Of a stretch of DNA of 64,000 nucleotides, positions 27,001-41,600 are shown piece by piece (the stretch's first letter is position 1; each line of letters opens with the position of its first letter). Location: positions 24,180,001-24,244,000 of the forward strand of contig OZ024759.1 in NCBI GenBank assembly GCA_964016885.1. The letters run 5' to 3'. The position numbers and the translations under genes are program-made. The notes under the pieces were generated by a model. It saw only the letters and a list, made by a program, of their open reading frames with translations, made no database searches and was not told where the DNA came from. The stretch comes from Eledone cirrhosa (Eukaryota).

Positions 27001-30000
27001 TTAACGGAAAACACCATGCTGTCTGGCTATCTCTCACCCAATCTACCTCATACTCTCTACCTCTTTTTGAGTAATCCCTTGCTTGTCTTTCCAGCAAGTT
27101 GGTCTTTACTCCTATGGACGTATAAACCTTTACACTATCTCATAACCATTCCTATATTCGTCTTTCCAAGTCATGTGCTTTCACACTTTGAGCCCAGTTT
27201 ACTTCGATATATCTCTATATATCTCTATTTTCCTTTTAACGGAAAACACCATGCTGTCTGGCTATCTCTCTCCCAATCTACCTCATACTCTCTACCTCTT
27301 TTTGAGTAATCCCTTGCTTGTCTTTCAAGCAAGTTGGTCTTTACTCCTATGGACGTATAAACCTTTACACTATCTCATAACCATTCCTATATTCGTCTTT
27401 CCAAGTCATGTGCTTTCACACTTTGAGCCAAGTTTACTTCGATATATCTCTATATAGCTCTATCTTCCTTTTAACGGAAAACACCATGCTGTCTGGCTAT
27501 CTCTCACCCAATCTACCTCATACTCTCTATCTCTTTTTGAGTAATCCCTTGCTTGTCTTTCAAGCAAGTTGGTGTTTACTCCTATGGACGTATAAACCTT
27601 TACACTATCTCATAACCATTCCTATATTCGTCTTTCCAAGTCATGTGCTTTCACACTTTGAGCCCAGTTTACTTCGATATATCTCTATATATCTCTATCT
27701 TCCTTTTAACGGAAAACACCATGCTGTCTGGCTATCTCTCACCCAATCTACCTCATACTCTCTACCTCTTTTTGAGTAATCCCTTGCTTGTCTTTCAAGC
27801 AAGTTGGTCTTTACTCCTATGGACGTATAAGCCTTTACACTATCTCATAACCATTCCTATATTCGTCTTTGCAAGTCATGTGCATTAACACTTTGAGCCC
27901 AGTTTACTTCGATATATCTCTATATATCTCTATTTTCCTTTTAACGGAAACCACCATGCTGTCTAGCTATCTCTCTCCCAATCTACCTCATAATCTCTAG
28001 CACTTTTTTAGTAATCCCTTGCTTGTCTTTCAAGCAAGTTGGTCTTTACTCCTATGGACGTATAAACCTTTACACTATCTCAAAACCATTCCTATATTCG
28101 TCTTTCCAAGTCATGTGCTCTCACACTTTGAGCCCAGTTTACTTCGATATATCTCTATATAGCTCTATCTTCCTTTTAACGGAAAACACCATACCGTCTG
28201 GCTATCTCTCTCCCAATCTACCTCATACTCTCTACCTCTTTTTGAGTAATCCCTTGCTTGTCTTTCAAGCAAGTTGGTCTTTACTCCTATGGACGTATAA
28301 ACCTTTACACTATCTCATAACCATACCTATATTCGTCTTTCCAAGTCATGTGCTTTCACACTTTGAGCCCAGTTTACTTCGATATATCTCTATATAGCTC
28401 TATCTTCCTTTTAACGGAAAACACCATGCTGTCTGGCTATCTCTCTCCCAATCTACCTCATACTCTCTACCTCTTTTTGAGTAATCCCTTGCTTGTCTTT
28501 CAAGCAAGTTGGTGTTTACTCCTATGGACGTATAAACCTTTACACTATCTCATAACCATTCCTATATTCGTCTTTCCAAGTCATGTGCTTTCACACTTTG
28601 AGCCCAGTTTACTTCGATATATCTCTATATATCTCTATCTTCCTTTTAACGGAAAACACCATGCTGTCTGGCTATCTCTCACCCAATCTACCTCATACTC
28701 TCTACCTCTTTTTGAGTAATCCCTTGCTTGTCTTTCAAGCAAGTTGGTCTTTACTCCTATGGACGTATAAGCCTTTACACTATCTCATAACCATTCCTAT
28801 ATTCGTCTTTGCAAGTCATGTGCATTAACACTTTGAGCCCAGTTTACTTCGATATATCTCTATATATCTCTATTTTCCTTTTAACGGAAAACACCATGCT
28901 GTCTGGCTATCTCTCTCCCAATCTACCTCATACTCTCTACCTCTTTTTGAGTAATCCCTTGCTTGTCTTTCAAGCAAGTTGGTCTTAACTCCTATGGACG
29001 TATAAACCTTTACACTATCTCATAACCATTCCTATATTCGTCTTTCCAAGTCATGTGCTTTCACACTTTGAGCCCAGTTTACTTCGATATATCTCTATAT
29101 ATCTCTATTTTCCTTTTAACGGAAAACACCATGTTGTCTGGCTATCTCTCTCCCAATCTACCTCATACTCTCTACCTCTTTTTGAGTAATTCCTTGCTTG
29201 TCTTTCAAGCAAGTTGGTCTTTACTCCTATGGACGTATAAACCTTTACACTATCTCACAACCATTCCTATATTCATCTTTCCAAGTCATGTGCTTTTGAG
29301 CCCAGTTTACTTCGATATATCCCTATATATCTCTATTTTCCTTTTAACGGAAAACACCATGCTGTCTGGCTATCTCTCTCCCAATCTACCTCATACTCTC
29401 TAGCACTTTTTTAGTAATCCCTTGCTTGTCTTTCAAGCAAGTTGGTCTTTACTCCTATGGACGTATAAACCTTTACACTATCTCATAACCATTCCTATAT
29501 TCGTCTTTCCAAGTCATGTGCTTTCACACTTTGAGCCCAGTTTACTTCGATATATCTCTATATATCTCTATTTTCTTTTTATCGGAAAACACCATGCTGT
29601 CTGGCTATCTCTCTCCCAATCTACCTCATACTCTCTACCTCTTTTTGAGTAATCCCTTGCTTGTCTTTCAAGCAAGTTGGTCTTTACTCCTATGGACGTA
29701 TAAACCTTTACACTATCTCATAACCATTCCTATATTCGTCTTTCCAAGTCATGTGCTTTCACACTTTGAGCCCAGTTTACTTCGATATATCTCTATATAT
29801 CTCTATTTTCCTTTTAACGGAAAACACCATGCTGTCTGGCTATCTCTCTCCCAATCTACCTCATACTCTCTACCTCTTTTTGAGTAATCCCTTGCTTGTC
29901 TTTCAAGCAAGTTGGTCTTTACTCCTATGGACGTATAAACCTTTACACTATCTCATAACCATTCCTATATTCGTCTTTCCAAGTCATGTGCTTTCACACT

Positions 30001-31779
30001 TTGAGCCCAGTTTACTTCGATATATCTCTATATAGCTCTATCTTCCTTTTAACGGAAAACACCATGCTGTCTGGCTATCTCTCACCCAATCTACCTCATA
30101 CTCTCTACCTCTTTTTGAGTAATCCCTTGCTTGTCTTTCAAGCAAGTTGGTCTTTACTCCTATGGACGTATAAACCTTTACACTATCTCACAACCATTCC
30201 TATATTCATCTTTCCAAGTCATGTGCTTTAACATTTTGAGCCCAGTTTACTTCTATATATCCCTATATATCTCTATTTTCCTTTTAACGGAAAACACCAT
30301 GCTGTCTGGCTATCTCTCTCCCAATCTACCTCATACTCTCTAGCCCTTTTTTAGTAATCCCTTGCTTGTCTTTCAAGCAAGTTGGTCTTTACTCCTATGG
30401 ACGTATAAACCTTTACACTATCTCATAACCATTCCTATATTCGTCTTTCCAAGTCATGTGCTTTCACACTTTGAGCCCAGTTTACTTCGATATATCTCTA
30501 TATATCTCTATTTTCCTTTTAATGGAAAACACTATGCAGTCTGGCTATCTCTCTCCCAATCTACCTCATACTCTCTACCTCTTTTTGAGTAATCCCTTGC
30601 TTGTCTTTCAAGCAAGTTGGTCTTTACTCCTATGGACGTATAAACCTTTACACTATCTCATAACCATTCCTATATTCGTCTTTCCAAGTCATGTGCTTTC
30701 ACATTTTGAGCCCAGTTTACTTCGATATATCTCTATATATCTCTATTTTCCTTTTAACGGAAAACACCATGCTGTCTGGCTATCTCTCTCCCAATCTACC
30801 TCATACTCTCTACCTCTTTTTGAGTAATCCCTTGCTTGTCTTTCAAGTAAGTTGGTCTTTACTCCTATGGACGTATAAACCTTTACACTATCTCATAACC
30901 ATTCCTATATTCGTCTTTCCAAGTCATGTGCTTTCACACTTTGAGCCCAGTTTACTTCGATATATCTCTATATATCTCTATCTTCCTTTTAACGGAAAAC
31001 ACCATGCTGTCTGGCTATCTCTCTCCCAATCTACCTCATACTCTCTAGCACTTTTTTAGTAATCCCTTGCTTGTCTTTCAAGCAAGTTGGTCTTTACTCC
31101 TATGGACGTATAAACCTTTACACTATCTCATAATCATTCCTATATTCGTCTTTCCAAGTCATGTGCTTTCACACTTTGAGCCCAGTTTACTTCTATATAT
31201 CTCTATATATCTCTATCTTCCTTTTAACGGAAAACACCATGCTGTCTGGCTATCTCTCTCCCAATCTACCTCATACTCTCTAGCACTTTTTTAGTAATCC
31301 CTTGCTTGTCTTTCAAGCAAGTTGGTCTTTACTCCTATGGACGGATAAACCTTTACACTATCTCATAACCATTCCTATATTCGTCTTTCCAAGTCATGTG
31401 CTTTCACACTTTGAGCCCAGTTTACTTCGATATATCTCTATATATCTCTATTTTCCTTTTAACGGAAAACACCATGCTGTCTGGCTATCTCTCACCCAAT
31501 CTACCTCATACTCTCTACCTCTTTTTGAGTAATCCCTTGCTTGTCTTTCAAGCAAGTTGGTCTTTACTCCTATGGACGTATAAGCCTTTACACTATCTCA
31601 TAACCATTCCTATATTCGTCTTTGCAAGTCATGTGCATTAACACTTTGAGCCCAGTTTACTTCGATATATCTCTATATATCTCTATTTTCCTTTTAACGG
31701 AAAACACCATGCTGTCTGGCTATCTCTCTCCCAATCTACCTCATACTCTCTACCTCTTTTTGAGTAATCCCTTGCTTGT

Positions 31780-34700
31780 CTTTCAAGCAAGTTGGTCTTT
31801 ACTCCTATCGACGTATAAACCTTTACACTATCTCATAACCATTCCTATATTCGTCTTTCCAAGTCATGTGCTTTCACACTTTGAGCCCAGTTTACTTCGA
31901 TATATCTCTATATATCTCTATCTTCCTTTTAACGGAAAACACCATGCTGTCTGGCTATCTCTCACCCAATCTACCTCATACTCTCTACCTCTTTTTGAGT
32001 AATCCCTTGCTTGTCTTTCAAGCAAGTTGGTCTTTACTCCCATGGACGTATAAGCCTTTACACTATCTCATAACCATTCCTATATTCGTCTTTGCAAGTC
32101 ATGTGCATTAACACTTTGAGCCCAGTTTACTTCGATATATCTCTATATATCTCTATTTTCCTTTTAACGGAAACCACCATGCTGTCTGGCTATCTCTCTC
32201 CCAATCTACCTCATACTCTCTAGCACGTTTTTAGTAATCCCTTGCTTGTCTTTCAAGCAAGTTGGTCTTTACTCCTATGGACGTATAAACCTTTACACTA
32301 TCTCATAACCATTTCTATATTCGTCTTTCCAAGTCATGTGCTTTCACACTTTGAGCCCAGTTTACTTCGATATATCTCTATATATCTCTATCTTCCTTTT
32401 AGCGGAAAAGACCATGCTGTCTGGCTATCTCTCTCCCAATCTACCTCATACTCTCTAGCACTTTTTTAGTAATCCCTTGCTTGTCTTTCAAGCAAGTTGT
32501 TCTTTACTCCCATGGACGTATAAGCCTTTACACTATCTCATAACCATTCCTATATTCGTCTTTCCAAGTCATGTGCATTAACACTTTGAGCCAGTTTACT
32601 TCGATATATCTCTATATATCTCTATTTTCCTTTTAACGGAAAACACCATGCTGTCTGGCTATCTCTCTCCCAATCTACCTCATACTCTCTACCTCTTTTT
32701 GAGTAATCCCTTGCTTGTCTTTCAAGCAAGTTGGTCTTTACTCCTATGGACGTATAAACCTTTACACTATCTCACAACCATTCCTATATTCATCTTTCCA
32801 AGTCATGTGCTTTAACATTTTGAGCCCAGTTTACTTCTATATATCCCTATATATCTCTATTTTCCTTTTAACGGAAAACACCATGCTGTCTGGCTATCTC
32901 TCTCACAATCTACCTCATACTCTCTAGCACATTTTTAGTAATCCCTTGCTTGTCTTTCAAGCAAGTTGGCTTTACTCCTATGGACGTATAAACCTTTACA
33001 CTATCTCATAACCATTCCTATATTCGTCTTTCCAAGTCATGTGCTTTCACACTTTGAGCCCAGTTTACTTCGATATATCTCTATATATCTCTATTTTCCT
33101 TTTAATGGAAAACACCATGCAGTCTGGCTATCTCTCTCCCAATCTACCTCATACTCTCTACCTCTTTTTGAGTAATCCCTTGCTTGTCTTTCAAGCAAGT
33201 TGGTCTTTACTCCTATGGACGTATAAACCTTTACACTATCTCATAACCATTCCTATATTCGTCTTTCCAAGTCATGTGCTTTCACACTTTGAGCTCAGTT
33301 TACTTCGATATATCTCTATATATCTCTATCTTCCTTTTAACGGAAAACACCATGCTGTCTGGCTATCTCTCACCCAATCTACCTCATACTCTCTACCTCT
33401 TTTTGAGTAATCCCTTGCTTGTCTTTCAAGCAAGTTGGTCTTTACTCATATGGACGTATAAGCCTTTACACTATCTCATAACCATTCCTATATTCGTCTT
33501 TGCAAGTCATGTGCATTAACACTTTGAGCCCAGTTTACTTCGATATATGTCTATATATCTCTATTTTCCTTTTAACGGAAACCACCATGCTGTCTGGCTA
33601 TCTCTCTCCCAATCTACCTCATACTCTCTACCTCTTTTTGAGTAATCCCTTGCTTGTCTTTCAAGCAAGTTGATCTTTACTCCTATGGACATATAAACCT
33701 TTACACTATCTCATAACCATTCCTATATTCGTCTTTCCAAGTCATGTGCTTTCACACTTTGAGCCCAGTTTACTTCGATATATCTCTATATATCTCTATC
33801 TTCCTTTTAACGGAAAACACCATGCTGTCTGGCTATCTCTCTCCCAATCTACCTCATACTCTCTAGCACTTTTTTAGTAATCCCTTGCTTGTCTTTCAAG
33901 CAAGTTGGTCTTTACTCCTATGGACGTATAAACCTTTACACTATCTCATAACCATTCCTATATTCGTCTTTCCAAGTCATGTGCTTTCACACTTTGAGCC
34001 CAGTTTACTTCGATATATCTCTATATATCTCTATTTTCCTTTTAACGGAAAACACCATGCTGTCTGGCTATCTCACTCCCAAGCTACCTCATACTCTCTA
34101 CCTCTTTTTGAGTAATCCCTTGCTTGTCTTTCAAGCAAGTTGGTCTTTACTCCTATCGACGTATAAACCTTTACACTATCTCATAACCATTCCTATATTC
34201 GTCTTTCCAAGTCATGTGCTTTCACACTTTGAGCCCAGTTTACTTCGATATATCTCTATATATCTCTATCTTCCTTTTAACGGAAAACACCATGCTGTCT
34301 GGCTATCTCTCACCCAATCTACCTCATACTCTCTACCTCTTTTTGAGTAATCCCTTGCTTGTCTTTCAAGCAAGTTGGTCTTTACTCCCATGGACGTATA
34401 AGCCTTTACACTATCTCATAACCATTCCTATATTCGTCTTTGCAAGTCATGTGCATTAACACTTTGAGCCCAGTTTACTTCGATGTATCTCTATATATCT
34501 CTATTTTCCTTTTAACGGAAACCACCATGCTGTCTGGCTATCTCTCTCCCAATCTACCTCATACTCTCTAGCACATTTTTAGTAATCCCTTGCTTGTCTT
34601 TCAAGCAAGTTGGCTTTACTCCTATGGACGTATAAACCTTTACACTATCTCATAACCATTCCTATATTCGTCTTTCCAAGTCATGTGCTTTCACACTTTG

Positions 34701-37700
34701 AGCCCAGTTTACTTCGATATATCTCTATATATCTCTATTTTCCTTTTAATGGAAAACACCATGCAGTCTGGCTATCTCTCTCCCAATCTACCTCATACTC
34801 TCTACCTCTTTTTGAGTAATCCCTTGCTTGTCTTTCAAGCAAGTTGGTCTTTACTCCTATGGACGTATAAACCTTTACACTATCTCATAACCATTCCTAT
34901 ATTCGTCTTTCCAAGTCATGTGCTTTCACACTTTGAGCTCAGTTTACTTCGATATATCTCTATATATCTCTATCTTCCTTTTAACGGAAAACACCATGCT
35001 GTCTGGCTATCTCTCACCCAATCTACCTCATACTCTCTACCTCTTTTTGAGTAATCCCTTGCTTGTCTTTCAAGCAAGTTGGTCTTTACTCATATGGACG
35101 TATAAGCCTTTACACTATCTCATAACCATTCCTATATTCGTCTTTGCAAGTCATGTGCATTAACACTTTGAGCCCAGTTTACTTCGATATATGTCTATAT
35201 ATCTCTATTTTCCTTTTAACGGAAACCACCATGCTGTCTGGCTATCTCTCTCCCAATCTACCTCATACTCTCTACCTCTTTTTGAGTAATCCCTTGCTTG
35301 TCTTTCAAGCAAGTTGATCTTTACTCCTATGGACGTATAAACCTTTACACTATCTCATAACCATTCCTATATTCGTCTTTCCAAGTCATGTGCTTTCACA
35401 CTTTGAGCCCAGTTTACTTCGATATATCTCTATATATCTCTATCTTCCTTTTAACGGAAAACACCATGCTGTCTGGCTATCTCTCTCCCAATCTACCTCA
35501 TACTCTCTAGCACTTTTTTAGTAATCCCTTGCTTGTCTTTCAAGCAAGTTGGTCTTTACTCCTATGGACGTATAAACCTTTACACTATCTCATAACCATT
35601 CCTATATTCGTCTTTCCAAGTCATGTGCTTTCACACTTTGAGCCCAGTTTACTTCGATATATCTCTATATATCTCTATTTTCCTTTTAACGGAAAACACC
35701 ATGCTGTCTGGCTATCTCACTCCCAAGCTACCTCATACTCTCTACCTCTTTTTGAGTAATCCCTTGCTTGTCTTTCAAGCAAGTTGGTGTTTACTCCTAT
35801 CGTCGTATAAACCTTTACACTATCTCATAACCATTCCTATATTCGTCTTTCCAAGTCATGTGCTTTCACACTTTGAGCCCAGTTTACTTCGATATATCTC
35901 TATATATCTCTATCTTCCTTTTAACGGAAAACACCATGCTGTCTGGCTATCTCTCACCCAATCTACCTCATACTCTCTACCTCTTTTTGAGTAATCCCTT
36001 GCTTGTCTTTCAAGCAAGTTGGTCTTTACTCCCATGGACGTATAAGCCTTTACACTATCTCATAACCATTCCTATATTCGTCTTTGCAAGTCATGTGCAT
36101 TAACACTTTGAGCCCAGTTTACTTCGATATATCTCTATATATCTCTATTTTCCTTTTAACGGAAACCACCATGCTGTCTGGCTATCTCTCTCCCAATCTA
36201 CCTCATACTCTCTAGCACGTTTTTAGTAATCCCTTGCTTGTCTTTCAAGCAAGTTGGTCTTTACTCCTATGGACGTATAAACCTTTACACTATCTCATAA
36301 CCATTTCTATATTCGTCTTTCCAAGTCATGTGCTTTCACACTTTGAGCCCAGTTTACTTCGATATATCTCTATATATCTCTATCTTCCTTTTAGCGGAAA
36401 AGACCATGCTGTCTGGCTATCTCTCTCCCAATCTACCTCATACTCTCTAGCACTTTTTTAGTAATCCCTTGCTTGTCTTTCAAGCAAGTTGTTCTTTACT
36501 CCCATGGACGTATAAGCCTTTACACTATCTCATAACCATTCCTATATTCGTCTTTCCAAGTCATGTGCATTAACACTTTGAGCCCAGTTTACTTCGATAT
36601 ATCTCTATATATCTCTATTTTCCTTTTAACGGAAAACACCATGCTGTCTGGCTATCTCTCTCCCAATCTACCTCATACTCTCTACCTCTTTTTGAGTAAT
36701 CCCTTGCTTGTCTTTCAAGCAAGTTGGTCTTTACTCCTATGGACGTATAAACCTTTACACTATCTCACAACCATTCCTATATTCATCTTTCCAAGTCATG
36801 TGCTTTAACATTTTGAGCCCAGTTTACTTCTATATATCCCTATATATCTCTATTTTCCTTTTAACGGAAAACACCATGCTGTCTGGCTATCTCTCTCCCA
36901 ATCTACCTCATACTCTCTAGCACATTTTTAGTAATCCCTTGCTTGTCTTTCAAGCAAGTTGGCTTTACTCCTATGGACGTATAAACCTTTACACTATCTC
37001 ATAACCATTCCTATATTCGTCTTTCCAAGTCATGTGCTTTCACACTTTGAGCCCAGTTTACTTCGATATATCTCTATATATCTCTATTTTCCTTTTAATG
37101 GAAAACACCATGCAGTCTGGCTATCTCTCTCCCAATCTACCTCATACTCTCTACCTCTTTTTGAGTAATCCCTTGCTTGTCTTTCAAGCAAGTTGGTCTT
37201 TACTCCTATGGACGTATAAACCTTTACACTATCTCATAACCATTCCTATATTCGTCTTTCCAAGTTATGTGCTTTCACACTTTGAGCTCAGTTTACTTCG
37301 ATATATCTCTATATATCTCTATTTTCCTTTTAACGGAAAACACCATGCTGTCTGGCTATCTCTCACCCAATCTACCTCATACTCTCTACCACTTTTTGAG
37401 TAATCCCTTGCTTGTCTTTCAAGCAAGTTGGTCTTTACTCATATGGACGTATAAGCCTTTACACTATCTCATAACCATTCCTATATTCGTCTTTGCAAGT
37501 CATGTGCATTAACACTTTGAGCCCAGTTTACTTCGATATATGTCTATATATCTCTATTTTCCTTTTAACGGAAACCACCATGCTGTCTGGCTATCTCTCT
37601 CCCAATCTACCTCATACTCTCTACCTCTTTTTGAGTAATCCCTTGCTTGTCTTTCAAGCAAGTTGATCTTTACTCCTATGGACGTATAAACCTTTACACT

Positions 37701-37900
37701 ATCTCATAACCATTCCTATATTCGTCTTTCCAAGTCATGTGCTTTCACACTTTGAGCCCAGTTTACTTCGATATATCTCTATATATCTCTATCTTCCTTT
37801 TAACGGAAAACACCATGCTGTCTGGCTATCTCTCTCCCAATCTACCTCATACTCTCTAGCACTTTTTTAGTAATCCCTTGCTTGTCTTTCAAGCAAGTTG
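31780..37900. repeat. Nested 7-mer/10-mer/17-mer higher-order repeat region
   Basis: A block marked by a 1-bp deletion (agttggcttt), ttaaTgg...gcAgtc, gagcTcag, ctcAtatgg, tatatGtc and gttgAtc starts near 32966, 34610 (+1644) and 36959 (+2349). ORFs 32242/36234 and 32715/36708 are offset by about 3993. Confidence 0.88.
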
Positions 37901-38619
37901 GTCTTTACTCCTATGGACGTATAAACCTTTACACTATCTCATAACCATTCCTATATTCGTCTTTCCAAGTCATGTGCTTTCACACTTTGAGCCCAGTTTA
38001 CTTCGATATATCTCTATATATCTCTATCTTCCTTTTAACGGAAAACACCATGCTGTCTGGCTATCTCTCTCCCAATCTACCTCATACTCTCTAGCACTTT
38101 TTTAGTAATCCCTTGCTTGTCTTTCAAGCAAGTTGGTCTTTACTCCTATGGACGTATAAACCTTTACACTATCTCATAACCATTCCTATATTCGTCTTTC
38201 CAAGTCATGTGCTTTCACACTTTGAGCCCAGTTTACTTCGATATATCTCTATATATCTCTATTTTCCTTTTAACGGAAAACACCATGCTGTCTGGCTATC
38301 TCTCACCCAATCTACCTCATACTCTCTACCTCTTTTTGAGTAATCCCTTGCTTGTCTTTCAAGCAAGTTGGTCTTTACTCCTATGGACGTATAAGCCTTT
38401 ACACTATCTCATAACCATTCCTATATTCGTCTTTGCAAGTCATGTGCATTAACACTTTGAGCCCAGTTTACTTCGATATATCTCTATATATCTCTATTTT
38501 CCTTTTAACGGAAAACACCATGCTGTCTGGCTATCTCTCTCCCAATCTACCTCATACTCTCTACCTCTTTTTGAGTAATCCCTTGCTTGTCTTTCAAGCA
38601 AGTTGGTCTTTACTCCTAT

Positions 38620-41600
38620 GGACGTATAAACCTTTACACTATCTCATAACCATTCCTATATTCGTCTTTCCAAGTCATGTGCATTCACACTTTGAGCCCA
38701 GTTTACTTCGATATATCTCTATATATCTCTATTTTCCTTTTAACGGAAAACACCATGCTGTCTGGCTATCTCACTCCCAAGCTACCTCATACTCTCTACC
38801 TCTTTTTGAGTAATCCCTTGCTTGTCTTTCAAGCAAGTTGGTCTTTACTCCTATGGACGTATAAACCTTTACACTATCTCATAACCATTCCTATATTCGT
38901 CTTTCCAAGTCATGTGCTTTCACACTTTGAGCCCAGTTTACTTCGATATATCTCTATATATCTCTATCTTCCTTTTAGCGGAAAAGACCATGCTGTCTGG
39001 CTATCTCTCTCCCAATCTACCTCATACTCTCTAGCACTTTTTTAGTAATCCCTTGCTTGTCTTTCAAGCAAGTTGGTCTTTACTCCTATGGACGTATAAA
39101 CCTTTACACTATCTCATAACCATTCCTATATTCGTCTTTCCAAGTCATGTGCTTTCACACTTTGAGCCCAGTTTACTTCGATATATCTCTATATATCTCT
39201 ATTTTCCTTTTAACGGAAAACACCATGCTGTCTGGCTATCTCTCTCCCAATCAACCTCATACTCTCTACCTCTTTTTGAGTAATCCCTTGCTTGTCTTTC
39301 AAGCAAGTTGGTCTTTACTCCTATGGACGTATAAACCTTTACACTATCTCATAACCATTCCTATATTCGTCTTTCCAAGTCATGTGCTTTCACACTTTGA
39401 GCCCAGTTTACTTCGATATATCTCTATATATCTCTATTTTCCTTTTAACGGAAAACACCATGCTGTCTGGCTATCTCTCTCCCAATCTACCTCATACTCT
39501 CTACCTCTTTTTGAGTAATCCCTTGCTTGTCTTTCAAGCAAGTTGGTCTTTACTCCTATGGACGTATAAACCTTTACACTATCTCATAACCATTCCTATA
39601 TTCGTCTTTCCAAGTCATGTGCTTTCACACTTTGAGCCCAGTTTACTTCGATATATCTCTATATATCTCTATCTTCCTTTTAACGGAAAACACCATGCTG
39701 TCTGGCTATCTCTCTCCCAATCTACCTCATACTCTCTAGCACTTTTTTAGTAATCCCTTGCTTGTCTTTCAAGCAAGTTGGTCTTTACTCCTATGGACGT
39801 ATAAACCTTTACACTATCTCATAACCATTCCTATATTCGTCTTTCCAAGTCATGTGCTTTCACACTTTGAGCCCAGTTTACTTCGATATATCTCTATATA
39901 TCTCTATCTTCCTTTTAACGGAAAACACCATGCTGTCTGGCTATCTCTCTCCCAATCTACCTCATACTCTCTAGCACTTTTTTAGTAATCCCTTGCTTGT
40001 CTTTCAAGCAAGTTGGTCTTTACTCCTATCGACGTATAAACCTTTACACTATCTCATAACCATTCCTATATTCGTCTTTCCAAGTCATGTGCTTTCACAC
40101 TTTGAGCCCAGTTTACTTCGATATATCTCTATATATCTCTATCTTCCTTTTAACGGAAAACACCATGCTGTCTTGCTATCTCTCTCCCAATCTACCTCAT
40201 ACTCTCTACCTCTTTTTGAGTAATCCCTTGCTTGTCTTTCAAGCAAGTTGGTCTTTACTCCTATCGACGTATAAACCTTTACACTATCTCATAACCATTC
40301 CTATATTCGTCTTTCCAAGTCATGTGCTTTCACACTTTGAGCCCAGTTTACTTCGATATATCTCTATATATCTCTATTTTCCTTTTAACGGAAAACACCA
40401 TGCTGTCTGGCTATCTCACTCCCAAGCTACCTCATACTCTCTACCTCTTTTTGAGTAATCCCTTGCTTGTCTTTCAAGCAAGTTGGTCTTTACTCCTATG
40501 GACGTATAAACCTTTACACTATCTCATAACCATTCCTATATTCGTCTTTCCAAGTCATGTGCTTTCACACTTTGAGCCCAGTTTACTTCGATATATCTCT
40601 ATATATCTCTATCTTCCTTTTAGCGGAAAAGACCATGCTGTCTGGCTATCTCTCTCCCAATCTACCTCATACTCTCTAGCACCTTTTTAGTAATCCCTTG
40701 CTTGTCTTTCAAGCAAGTTGGTCTTTACTCCTATGGACGTATAAACCTTTACACTATCTCATAACCATTCCTATATTCGTCTTTCCAAGTCATGTGCTTT
40801 CACACATTGAGCCCAGTTTACTTCGATATATCTCTATATATCTCTATTTTCCTTTTAACGGAAAACACCATGCTGTCTGGCTATCTCTCTCCCAATCAAC
40901 CTCATACTCTCTACCTCTTTTTGAGTAATCCCTTGCTTGTCTTTCAAGCAAGTTGGTCTTTACTCCTATGGACGTATAAACCTTTACACTATCTCATAAC
41001 CATTCCTATATTCGTCTTTCCAAGTCATGTGCTTTCACACTTTGAGCCCAGTTTACTTCGATATATCTCTATATATCTCTATTTTCCTTTTAACGGAAAA
41101 CACCATGCTGTCTGGCTATCTCTCTCCCAATCTACCTCATACTCTCTACCTCTTTTTGAGTAATCCCTTGCTTGTCTTTCAAGCAAGTTGGTCTTTACTC
41201 CTATGGACGTATAAACCTTTACACTATCTCATAACCATTCCTATATTCGTCTTTCCAAGTCATGTGCTTTCACACTTTGAGCCCAGTTTACTTCGATATA
41301 TCTCTATATATCTCTATCTTCCTTTTAACGGAAAACACCATGCTGTCTGGCTATCTCTCTCCCAATCTACCTCATACTCTCTAGCACTTTTTTAGTAATC
41401 CCTTGCTTGTCTTTCAAGCAAGTTGGTCTTTACTCCTATGGACGTATAAACCTTTACACTATCTCATAACCATTCCTATATTCGTCTTTCCAAGTCATGT
41501 GCTTTCACACTTTGAGCCCAGTTTACTTCGATATATCTCTATATATCTCTATCTTCCTTTTAACGGAAAACACCATGCTGTCTGGCTATCTCTCTCCCAA

